Part shown: in pieces, positions 26,830 through 38,938 of the stretch
How positions within the stretch are numbered: position 1 is the first letter of the stretch
Layout: each line of letters opens with the position of its first letter
Origin: Setoptus koraiensis
Lineage: Eukaryota > Animalia > Arthropoda
NCBI GenBank assembly: GCA_048013815.1
Contig: CM106586.1
Span: 22,754,001-22,818,000 of the forward strand
Reading direction: 5' to 3'
DNA: 64,000 nucleotides
Position numbers and translations under genes: made by a program
Notes under the pieces: generated by a model
The model's database searches: none
Seen by the model: only the letters and a program-made list of their open reading frames with translations
What the model was told of the DNA's origin: nothing

Positions 26830-28249
26830 AAAAAAATGCCCGAAGAAAAATTCCAGAAATTTTCAGTTGAGCGAATAGAGCCAATCCGAATCGATTAAGC
26901 GAAATTGTTTCCATTTTGGGGCACCCAAATCAATTAGTTCCGTCACCAGTTACAAAAAATCGTTGGATTTTTTGTGTCAGAAAAAGCGTCAAAAAAATGT
27001 TTTTTTTTTCTCTGCCTGGAATTGAAAATGCGCATTACGTCACGCGATGACATGGAAGTGTGCACTTGGAATTCCATCTCGCATGCAAATCGAATAGAGC
27101 ATGCCGTGAGCGATTGGAAACTGACCGAAAATCGACCTTAAAACACCCGAAAATACACGACGAGACGGTTTTCCAGCGAAACCGGAAGTGAAAAGTTCCA
27201 TGAGAAAAAAAAACGCGGAAAAAAAGTTTCCAAGTGAATTTCTGGGCTCAAGTCATTCTGTCAGCACCGGCTATTGTGAGTGACAAGGAATCGATGACAT
27301 TTTGGACGTGTCAGGTGCTTAGTAAATCTTTCCGCTATTTGCTCGTGTCGAAGCCGAATGATACAAAGTACGAAAAAGGAGTTTCCGAAAAAAAAAATCA
27401 ATCGCTTTTGGTGTCACCGCACTAGGCGCGTGAGTCTCTGCTTTGAACAGCAGGCAATGTCGACGTGGCCTGATATGTAAATATAAATAAATGTATCACC
27501 CGGATGTATCGCCAGCTGATACGTGACGCGTGCGGCTTCGGACAAATTCGACCAAATAGAATGAGGCGACAATCGAGTTTCGGCCGGACAATCCGGACGC
27601 TGGCTGGCATTTGGCCGGCTAGCAAGGTCAGTTGAGTGGTAGTGGGTCAGTTGAGATTGGCACGATCCGCAAATAGCGATTGTATCTTTAACCTTGATCG
27701 TTTTTTTTTCTCTCTCGTCGTAGTGATAAATAGAGTGCACTTTCTGGGGCTTATTCCGACTTTTCGGGGCCGGGCCAAATAAGCCTTCCCGGAAAGTCAA
27801 CAGATACACGCTGCCTGGCCGTACAGCACAGCTCGAGGATGACATTTACAGAGTGACTGTTGTTACTGTGTGCGTGTAACGTTGCTTTCATTTTAATTAG
27901 GGCCAGCGATAAAAGTATAGTGTTTGTAACAATCGACGCATTGATTAATCTGCACAAGATAGGGCCCCGTGGCCGGCTCGCAACGGCACGGCCGAGGCTC
28001 GTGACAACAAACGCTCGCCTAATTGATTCAATATGCTTGTGATATTATGTGATTTTGCGTGAGAGGCTCCGCCAATCTGTGGTCGGTGTTGGCGTGGCGC
28101 TGGCGGCGCGCAAGCGAGGGATTGTTATTATTTGTTGACATTGTCGTTTGTCGTTCATCCTCCACTGATTTTTGGCTTATCATGAGCGCCAATTGCGCCG
28201 GCAGCCAGTGCATTTGTGCTCATGTGTCGCGGCCGCGCGGCAACTGGGC

Positions 28250-28319
28250 AAAATCGACGGAAAAATCGACGGCGAAATCGACGGCGAAATCGACGGCGAA
28301 ATCGACGGCGAAATCGACA
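28250..28319. repeat. 12-bp tandem repeat (GAAATCGACGGC) x~6
   Basis: Directly visible. Confidence 0.9.
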
Positions 28320-28592
28320 GTGCGTCAAACAAGGAAGTGAGGAGTTAAAATGAAACCGGTGTTAGTTTAGCTGGCGCCAAAGTGGGGCCCCTCTGGCGGG
28401 CATTCCGGGTACGGCCAGCACGGGCTGGCCAGCGGTGGCGCCGTAGTGCTGCGATGATGATGGTGACGCAATGTTAATCAGAGTATCAGAGGATCAGAAA
28501 TTCGTAGGAACGTGTTATCGCGTAACTTATGTGCCAGACCGGCCAGCCGTTTTGTCGGCCGGCGGCCAGTTGCCAGTGTTGCTCGGGCGCTT

Positions 28593-28666
28593 CATTTCAG
28601 CCTTATTTCAGCCTCATTCCAGCCTCATTCCAGCCTTATTTCAGCCTCATCCCAGCCTTATTTCAG
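28593..28666. repeat. 12-bp tandem repeat ATT(T/C)CAGCCT(T/C) x~6
   Basis: Directly visible. Confidence 0.85.
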
Positions 28667-31600
28667 GGCCGCCGAGCCGAGCCGAGCCGAGCCGTGCCAA
28701 CTGCAGCGCCGGCACAGCGGGCCCGCTTGAGCAGCTTGCATACACTGTGATGTAGACTCGGATATGTACGATATATGGTATTTATCGTGTATGTCGCATA
28801 TAACGTGCGCGTATCGTATGTACATACTGACCATGTGCGCGCGCAAACAACAACATCAACATTTAGCTAGATATTATATCATTATAACGGTCCGTCACTA
28901 CGTGCAACGTTTATTGGCGACCCGTCGGCTGGCTCGTGCCGGCGCTGGCGAGCTCGTGGCGAGCGAGTTACAGTTACACACAAATCATGTAAACATGTAA
29001 CACGTAGCGCTCTGGTCGCACTAACGACAACAGCAACAACGACAACAACGACAACAACGACATCGACAACGACAACGGCAACAACGCCGACATGTACAGT
29101 CAATTTAGACACTGGCTGACTGGCTCTTTGCGAGTTGCGCCACTGGGACCAGCGAGCGAGCGAACAGGCGAACGGGCGAGCTAGCCAGCGAGCTAACCAG
29201 CGAGCTAGCAAAAGATAAAATTGTTTGTTTATCGGTATTGTTCGGCTGGCGCGTTGCGCATGCACTTGTCGCCGGCGATCGCTAGTGGCGGCCGGCTCGG
29301 TTCGCTCACAACTTATGCAATCGGCAGCAAGGGGGCCCCAACATGGCAGACAACGTTGGGCTGGCTGCACAACAAAGCTCTCTACTGGTTTAACATGTAC
29401 ATGATGTAATGGTTGGCGCCAAATTAAGTAGCGGCGGGCCCGGCAACGTTGTCGCGCCGGCGACAACATCAACCGATATTGCTCATGTTAATGTCCTTAG
29501 TCTTATTAATATGATCATCATTATCATCAATGTTGTTGTTGTTGCTGTCATGTAACTATTACTGCGAGCCAGTTACACAACAACAACAATATATATCTAT
29601 ATATATAACGCTTGCCAACTTATCCCATTCGATTCGATCAGATCCGACTCGATGCCGACTCAAACATCACTGGCAGCGCGCACCACCGTCAGCACCACCG
29701 CCAGCACCACCGCGACACAAAGTACTCACATCTCGAAATGGGCCCGCCGCTAGCGAGCAGCGCGGCCCTTCCGGGTTCAGCCACCGCTCGTGCCGCCAGT
29801 TGGGCCGGCTGGCAGCACGAGCCACTGTGAGCGGCTCCCCCAAAAACACACATTTTCAACTTATTGATTCTTTGGTCGGATTTTCCAAATTCCCATCATT
29901 ATGTAACCGTTAAAAGCATTGCGCGGCCCGAAAATCCCCCCCCCCTCGCTCGAAAGTCTTGCCCGCGTGCAAAATTGCCTGACGCAGGCTGAGCGAGAGC
30001 TGCAAAATGGCTGCTAACTGTTTCTGTCTCGGCACACCATGTCTTTAATAAAAGAATAAATAATCTTGCTTAGTGCGTGTAATCTATTGCGTCATCATGG
30101 CTTGGCAGTCGGACGGACGGACGGGCGCACGGCTTACGAGCGGCCACTGAGCGATGGATTATAATAATGTTATTGAAAACTCGCTAGCTCGTTTGTTTGT
30201 CTCTTGTAGTTGGCTGTACAGCAGCAAAAAATACAGCACTTGACGCTATTGCGCTTATATAACTGGATATATACTTTGGATTTAGAGATTTTGATAATAT
30301 ATGATGACAGACAACAATCATAGATTGACAAAACATGGTTTTAAAATACATATACACAAGGCGCCCATCGATTGTGTGCGCTCGATTGTATGGCCAGCGC
30401 AACTATATATACAGTTGGATATATATATATATTGTTGTTGTGGGCCTAATTTACAATAAATCAACAATGATTTATGGTCATGAGATCGCCGTTAAGACCG
30501 CTCTCATGTGACCCTGATTGAGCTGACAATTGCGTAATTTAATCCGCGCACTTGGGCCGGTCACAAGCGCCACGGGCCAGTCACGAGCGCCGCGGCTCGG
30601 TCACAAGCGCCACGGCCCGGTCACAAGCGGTGGCCAAAGGATTGAGGGGTCAGTTGGCGAGCCGGTCAAGATTGTTGGAGTGAGTGAGTCGGGCCGGCGA
30701 CACTGGACGGCGGCGTGGTAATAAGCGAGCCATTATGTTGAAAGGTTGTGTGATTGAAATTGTTGCAATTTTTATTTATTATTCCACCGCGGCAATCATC
30801 GTGCTTGTTATGTTGTCGTTGTCGTTGTTGTGTGTCGACAAAATCCATCCAAATCGATGACATACCCATCCATCTATCTGGCTGTGCACGACCGGCTACG
30901 GCCAACAGACCCTCAGTAATACTGAGTCAGTATTATCGGTGGTATAGTCCGTTCGATCGGCCGAGACGATCAAAGTCGAGTTATCTTGTTGTTGGCCGTT
31001 ATCAACATTTTGCAACAACTAAACCGATTACGGCACAACAATGAAAAAGAGTTGCGCCAAGTTGTTGCGAGAGACGAGATATCCTGTCTTGGGCATTATT
31101 TATTGATTGTGGCCCAACCAGCAGACTGTTGAACGACGGCGGGGCCCGGCATGACGAGCGGCGAGCCGAGATTAAAACATTTAAAACTGCGCTCGCTTTG
31201 TCTAGACGGGCCACGCCACGCGGTACCTCGCGGCGAGCGGCCGCACGAAACATTTTGTTTGTGTATTATGTAAGGAGACAAATAAATCATTTGTTGGCTA
31301 TCGGTTCGCTTTAAATTAAGCTGCTGCTGCTGCCTCTCATTGTGGCGCACAATAAGAGGCGGCCGCGCGAAAATTGTTCGCGCAAACATTCTCACAAATA
31401 ATATACAGTATTAAGGGGCCCCATTTACTCCCGCCAGAGAGCCGCATGAGGGCGACGGTTTTCTTTTTCAGGCGCGCTTGTCCGCGCCAATGGGCACCCG
31501 CTATCGCCTGCCCCGGCCGCTTGGGCCGGCCCGTCGCCGGTCGGTGAGCGCGGCCCGTCACCGGTCGGTTAACGCGGCCCGATGGTCGCCGGTCGGTTGA

Positions 31601-32950
31601 CCGAACGAGAGCGCCCGTGCGCTGCTCCTTTCGCCAGTCCTGCCCGTACAGCCAGCACAGCCTGTATTATACAGGCGCACGAGTAGCAGCAGTTATAGCT
31701 GGGCAACAGTAACGGCTAGCCGGGGCCGACAATTACCCGCGAATCACTGAGTCCACAATGGGCCGCATTGGGCCCCATGTTCGGGACGCAAATGTTTGTC
31801 GGGCGTCGCTGTCATGGATGTTGGCGCTGTTGTTGTTGTCGCTGTTGTTGTTGTTGTCGCTGTTGTTGTCGCTGTTGTTGTTGGGACTGTTGTTGTCAAT
31901 GTCGCTTGCCATTAATTTACAAATTCGCTACTCGTAGCGCCAACTCGACGACATCAGCAACGCACGCAATTGCCAGTGAGAAGGGTGAGAATTGTGGGGC
32001 CCGACAGCGCGCGCTGTATGATGCACTTGCCATACTTACCATTAACTTCGAGAAACATTCAGTCTAGTGTGGGGCCCGTGCAGATAAACGCACACACACA
32101 CACAATGAGCTTACAAGGATAATCTGATCTGATTCGCAAGCGACATTCCAAAGTATTCCAAAGTTTCTATTTGAGAGGGCGATTAATATCTCGATTGTCA
32201 ATTGGACAGCTGACATGGCAAAGTTCATTGGAAATGGAAAGCGATAATGGGCTGTTCTCTTGGCCCTTCCAATTGGAATAATGCAAATCAAACCATACGC
32301 GCCGATTGTTAGAAGGCGCCTGTTCTTTGCTTGGGCTGTTGTGTCTAGCTTGCCAGCCCGGCGAGCCACGGCCACCGGCTATGACACTTGGCACGAGTTC
32401 GAGCACGCGACACTTGCATACGGCACACGTATAGCACACACAACTGCCCGATTGTTGCCAGTAGAGGGGCCCCAAATAGTCTGATTAGCAGATTAAAATA
32501 AACTAATTAGGCCGTGTGAGCCGCGCTAACTAACTAGTGCGGCCAGAGATACAAACTATCTACCGACTGGCTGGCCTACGCCGGCAGTTATCTCGACCCC
32601 ATCGACAGGTACAGCAGCTCGCGAGTACAATGCGAATATCCGCTACGTGCTGACATGTGACTCACGCGATGCCCCAGCGCAATAATTGTGGCTTGCGGGG
32701 CCAGCTCACAAGTTGTCAGTTCGAGCACGTGATTCAGTTGACGGCGCAATATTGAATTAACTTGCCACAACGATTGCAGCGGCCCAATCCGAACTGTGAC
32801 AGATGCCACGTTGATACAATTATGCCGCCAAAATCAACTGGCTCGGCCAACAATCGACCAATCGAGCCAATTCATTTTGGCCACTTGTGACCGGTCGTCG
32901 TCAGTGAAGGAAGCGCCCGCATTTCGATGGGCGAGCAGCGCAACTCGCCC

Positions 32951-33020
32951 AATGACGGACTCGCGAATGACGGACTCGCGAATGACGGGCTCGCGAATGA
33001 CGGGCTCGCGAACAACGGAC
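32951..33020. repeat. 15-bp tandem repeat GCGAATGACGG(A/G)CTC x~4.5
   Basis: Directly visible. Confidence 0.85.
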
Positions 33021-33304
33021 ACGCCAACAACGGAAAAAGGCGATTTTTTTCCATCCGGCTTCTCTGCTCAGCAGAATCTGCTGACTGATTCGCCATGACA
33101 ATGGCCTCACAATCTCATTCTGGATTCATGCAGGGGCCCCATCGTCAGCCATTTGCACTGGCAACGCACCCTCAGCGCGTCAGTGACATTGCTCGCTCAT
33201 TTGAAGAAATTGAAGCCGCACGCATCGATAGTTTGAGACAAACAATCACGTCAGTCATCTGACCAACCTGTCGCAACCGTTTCGCCAAGGTCGCCTGGCC
33301 TCAC

Positions 33305-33341
33305 CAATTTCGAGGCCACAAATTTTGTGGCCTCGAAATTG
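33305..33341. repeat. Perfect 17-bp inverted repeat, 3-nt loop
   Basis: CAATTTCGAGGCCACAA / ATT / TTGTGGCCTCGAAATTG. Confidence 0.9.
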
Positions 33342-35340
33342 AAACATTGTTTTCAGTGTCTGCTCGTGCCACCGAGCTCGTGCTCTGCTAACTTCCGCTC
33401 ACGAGATAAGCGCCCCCCAGATGAGGCAGAATAAAAATAAAATTGTTCGCTAGCGCCGGCAAGCCAGTTGCGTGCAACTCTTTTCTATGCACATTTCGCG
33501 CTACGTTCGGCTCACATTTCGTTCGGCAAGTCGCGCGCTCGTCGGGACCCGCAAAATATCATCGGCGGCCCGACGAGATCGGCTTGCAATAGCAGATCGT
33601 GCAAGGTCGCTCACGAAACTTGTTATCGCACGCTTGTTGTCAATGCAGCAATCAATGCTCATTTGTTTGCCGCGGTGCCATTATCGAAAATTAGCCAACT
33701 TGTCGGTTGCCAAGTCTCTTTCCATGACTGTGGGCACCGGATAGAAAAAGAGTTAAAGTCGCCCAATTGCAAGTGTCACTTTTTCGCAAGCTATGCGCTC
33801 GCTTCCAGCTGACTGTTGTGTTTGTTCAATAAGCTGCAGCTTAGTTACGTAACAACAATCAATAAGTCACCGAGATATAGGCTGGTGCTTTATTTGATTT
33901 CGGCCCTTGCTGCGACCGTTGTTGTTGCTGTAGTTGTCGCTGTTGTCGCTGTCGCTGTTGTCGCTGTTGTCGCTGTTGTCGCTGTTGCTGTTGCAGTTAC
34001 GTAACAATTCTTTTCTGCGTAACTGCGCGCTCACAAGCAGCTGATTGACTGACTGCTGCCTGTAACAGGCCCGTTCGGCGGCACGAGTGGCAGAAAAGAA
34101 AAAGAAGAAAAACAAAACGAAAAAAAAAAACGAGAGGCCGGCAGCGACTGCGTGAAAGTTTTCTGTCTGGTTAGAGGGCGCCACTGGCACTGTCGTGGAG
34201 CCCCACTGTCTAGCCAAATTGAATATCAGTTGAATATCAATGGCTGGCTGAGTGGTCGTAACAATTGTCGCAATTCCAATTGTGTGTGTAATGTTGAATT
34301 TTAAGTTGTCGCCAATAAGTCAACGGGCAGGCGATTCGGCGACACAAGCAAACAAACAAACAATGACGTGCGACGATAAGACGTGTTGGCGAGTTTATCA
34401 CGTGCAGCGCGCTGTCACTAGTAGTCACAATTATTTCTTAGATTTACAGTTAGTCAACAACAAACACAAACAAAATATAGTTGACATGTAATCCGCTAAT
34501 GTTACTATTGATTTGGCTGATTGTTAGGCACACAGTGATCAAATGACAGTGATAGACAGTGAGAGAGTTAGTCGATTCGATCAATATTGTAATAGTAATA
34601 ATTATAATAATTATAATATTAGTAGCAGTAGAAAGCAATTTCAAATTTTGTTTCTTCTCAGTTGTGTTCGTTCAATAGTGCAATTAATTAGCTCAATCAA
34701 TTAATTACTATCATTTCATTTAGTTGTCAATCGATGGTCGTTTACAGAATAATAATAGTAAAAAAATAATAAAAATAAAGCTCAAGCAACTCGCTACCTC
34801 AAGCTAACAAGTGTAACAACAAACTATCATCATGTGCCTCTCTACACACAATCAGCCTCAATGTTAAGTGTCGACCGCCACCAATTGGCCACAACTCTAA
34901 CTAACGTCACTTCTTATTTTTCGCGTTTCAATCGCTCATCTAATCTACTAATTTATTATCAATCAATTAACCATGGTCGTCATGATGAGATCACGAACAT
35001 GATTCCAATTGCGGCACAGCATACAGCAGTAAATGCTCAATTAGACACACCAGGGATCATTCATCAGTTCGAGGCAGAAATGTTAGTGCAGATATTGTTT
35101 GAATGGTCAAATGCAAATAGCAGCTTGTTGTCGGTTGATTCCTATTATCAGGGCAGATTGTCTCGACCGGAAACAGCGAAAAACAGTCAGCAGCACTGAC
35201 ACAGCGGCTGCGTACGCAAATTACTACTCAAATACTCAAATTATACCAAGTCAAAAACAAGTCATAACTTATATCGGGGTGCTTGCAAACACGAATAAAC
35301 GTGCAGACGCCGCTGCTTTGGTGAGTAAATCCGATCCTAT

Positions 35341-35430
35341 CAGCTGATTGTACCAGCCTCAAGCTGATTGTGTCGGCCTCCAGCTGATTGTGTCGGCCTC
35401 CAGCTGATTGTGTCGGCCTCAAGCTGATAG
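35341..35430. repeat. 20-bp tandem repeat (C/A)AGCTGATTGTGTCGGCCTC x4.5, with CAGCTG E-boxes
   Basis: Directly visible. Confidence 0.9.
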
Positions 35431-38400
35431 AATCAGCTGTAAACAAATGGACACAAACAACAAATATTTCTAGCTTTTGTTCTCATCGACACGGCTATTC
35501 CGGTGCCGGTATGAGTGCACTTCCGGTCAGTCTTGGCTTTGTTTGTCTGCCCGTGTGGCGTGAGAATTTTGACACTTTATGATTCCGACTTTACAACTGG
35601 AACTTGCCAAATTATCTGGCTTGATTATCGAGGGCAAACTGACGATTGTTGCCACGCGCGTCCACTGTCCGGCCAGTGGCCACACTATTAATACTGTCAG
35701 TGCTATTAATAATGCCACCGAAAATTCCGCTAATCATCGACATCCACGACCAGTTAATATTGCCGACCGTACGCATGACTTGCCAGCCTGCCATTGGCCG
35801 GCTTAGCGAGACATAATAGTTAAAGTGTGAATACGACAAACCTAATTAAGTGTGCGCGTGTGTGTGCGACGACAATGCCCTGTCAGTGGTCATCATCATC
35901 GCAATCGTCATGGCAATCATCGTGGCAATCATCACGGCAATCATATCGCACGGACGCCATTGAAACAGCGCGAAAGGTTTGACATGTCCAGTTGGTGCGG
36001 CACGCCGGTCGGCAAACATTTATTGGCCCCCGTTGCTCGTGCACCGTTGCTCGCGCACCGTTGCTCGTGCAATGTTGCTCGTGCAATGTTGCTCGTGTAC
36101 CTATGACCAGCACGAGCAGCGGTTCACGAGCAGCGGTTTGACGCGTACGAGCACGAGCGTGTGAGCTAGACGAGTGGTCAGTGTTACGCAATAGCGAGTA
36201 GCGGCGCAACAACAAACGGCTATCGCAAATGGCAAATAGTGCGCGCGCGAAATATGATACGCGCGCTCGAATTGATTTGTGCTCGTGTGCAACGTGTTAC
36301 GTCACAGGCAATGCAGCCACACACACACACACACGCACACACACACGAGCAGCGAGATTGGTGCACGTGTTTGTCGATTGGATGCTGATTGGCGTTTGGC
36401 ACGACACGCCATCAGCAGTGGACACACACACACACACAAACAATGGGCTTGTCATTGACCTGTCAGCTCGGCGCGCCCGCGACCGTTGGCACGTGGAAGC
36501 ACGCGCGCGCGCTCGCTCGCTCGCTCATTAGGTGTCGATATGCACAGCGTTGTGCGATCGGTTAAGCAGTTGGGGCCGGTGTTTGCGCACAGTTATGTCA
36601 CCGCTCGCCTGACTGACAGCAATAAAATTAACATCTATTATTTAATATGTAATCTCTCATGGCAGCCCGCATTCGAAGCCGGTTGGCCGGCTCTCGATTT
36701 GCACTGTTCCGCGGCAGCGCAACGGTTCAAATCTGCGGATGCCCGGGCGGTGCCGCTCACAATGGCCCCGCGGTAAACAATGGCAGCCCGACAATCTGAC
36801 AAGTGTGCGCGATCTCTGTAAACTGGCGCCACCGTTGATAACAGTTATGGATAACAGTTATTGTGTCGTTATATTAATAATGTTTGTTGTTTCGTCGGAC
36901 GCGATGGGGCTTCTCGCGCGGGGCCCGCGTCGCGTCGGGCTGCGCGTCGCGTCTGGCCACGTCGCGCCCGCCCGGCCATTGAGCCGGCGAGTGGGGCCGC
37001 CGCCGCCGCCGCCGCCGACAACAACCGACCGACAACAACAACAACCGACAACAATCTTTCACAGTGGCCACATGCGCCAGTTGCGGCATTCGGCCAATCG
37101 CATGACAGTTAATAACGGGCCGCTACCTGTTTGCGCGTGCCTCCCCCGCCGCTCGTGCCGCTCGTGTGTGTCACCTGGCGCCGTGCTTGCGATGTTTGTG
37201 TCGGATGAGCCCGTTACATAATATTGCCTCTGATTATCGCGCAATGTCAGCGCTATCATGCTCTCTCAATCGATCCGTGCGCGGCGCCGAGCCGCCAATT
37301 TGCATGTCTCGCCATTTGCATTGCCCTATAATGGCGCCCATTAGATAGTCGGGCCGGGCCGGGCCGGCTCGGGCATTGTAATTTTAATGATGGTGACGTG
37401 ACATTGACGTGATACACACACACGCACACGCACACACGATCGGAGTGCAACACGAGCAATTATTTCTATTGTATTTCATTATACGGGCACACTTGTCGCC
37501 ATTTGCTGTTAGCTGTCGGCAGTCGGTGTTCTTGTTTCACGCCGGCTCGACATGCGCCGTGGCTCGGTGTCGAGCAATCGACATTTCAACTGTAAGTGAC
37601 GATGATTTAAGCGAACACTGACACCAGTCAGAGAGAGAGCTGATACACTATTATTATTATTGCGCAATAATAATTAAGGCCGCCATTGGCGCAATAATAT
37701 TAATCAGCCAGCAATCATGCGCTACTACTTGTTGTTGTTTGTTGGCGCATTTCCATATTAACCCGTGCCCGTCAATATCCGTCTCATTGTGGGCCAATTG
37801 TCTCTGTCCTATATGGTCAGCGTAGCCCAATATAGTCTAATATATACATACGTCTATAAATATGATGACAGATAGGTCGTGACAATGGCGAGATATCAAT
37901 AGTTGATAATAGGATATAAAGCTAAAGTAAAAAGAGGCTGGCCAACTCGGTCGCGTTTTGGTGAGAGCGCTCGCAGCGCCGTCTATCACAGCTTGCCACA
38001 CTTGGCTGTGGTGTGTCAATGGGTGGCTAGGCCGTCATTATTGCAAGCCACTGACTAGACATGGTAGCACGGCGCCGGTTCAAATAGTTTATAATCACAC
38101 ATGTACTGATGATGCTGCTGATGTGCTATTGGTAGTTGTTCAATTGAAGTTGCTGTCGTTGTATGATAGTCGGCGGTAGGTGCGCAGTTGTTGTTGCGCA
38201 CACAATAATCAAAAATAATTATATAGTATAGCGAGTAATTGTGTATAGAGAGACAGCAGATATTAATTTGTACATTACACAACAATTTATACAAACAACA
38301 ATTTCCATATTGTCCATTGCATGCTCGTGTCGTGGACAGATTTTTGCCGACAGATGAGCCAGATATCAGACATTTGACAATTGTCAGATAATTACCAATT

Positions 38401-38716
38401 ATATTGCGATGAATATCGGCCGCGACCATCGAGTGCCAACAACGGACACCAGTCAATCTAACCAATGAATGAAATTTGCAGCAAATCGGCCCACAGCCAG
38501 CACCAAATTGGCACCCGTTTTTAATCAAGCGAACACACTCACATCAAGCTAAATAGTCAACTAAACATTATAATTAACATACAATAGTCAGTTAATGGTT
38601 TCCAAATAAAACAATGCTCTACTCGTTCAACAGCTCATGATTGATCCCTGCTCACGAACTGTTGATACGATGACCGCACCAACGACCAATTCATCGACCC
38701 AATCACATCAATACTG

Positions 38717-38785
38717 CAGCCTCGATATCGCAGCCTCGATATTGTAGCCTCGATATCGCAGCCTCGATATTGCAGCCTCTATATC
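38717..38785. repeat. 14-bp tandem repeat GCAGCCTCGATAT(C/T) x~5 upstream of the Dmrt ATG
   Basis: Directly visible. Confidence 0.85.
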
Positions 38786-38938
38786 ATAGGGGCCCAGTAA
38801 GCCCACTGCAGCTCCCCAAATCGAAGACACACAACAGTGAAGATTGTCACACAAAACGCGTCGCTCTGCCGGGCCCCCCCACCATCGACAACTCAACCGA
38901 CATCGACCCCAATTAGCCTCGACAGCAGCCCGTCAATC

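Noticed and set aside
32167-32475. Minus-strand ORF with YSNWKGQE...ELC resembling a C-type lectin loop
   Set aside because: Lacks the WND..C and FIC motifs; several overlapping frames are equally open.
35341-35430. CRISPR-like interpretation of this and other minisatellites
   Set aside because: Head-to-tail units without unique spacers, no cas genes, eukaryotic context.
37984-38075. miR-2-like (TATCACAGC) and miR-279-like (TGACTAGA) seed matches
   Set aside because: No pre-miRNA-length hairpin and the rest of the mature sequences do not match.
18467-38896. More than 100 short ORFs (60-200 aa) in the desert
   Set aside because: Mostly translations of (CA)n, (CAA)n and GC-rich repeats, overlapping on both strands, with no recognisable domain.
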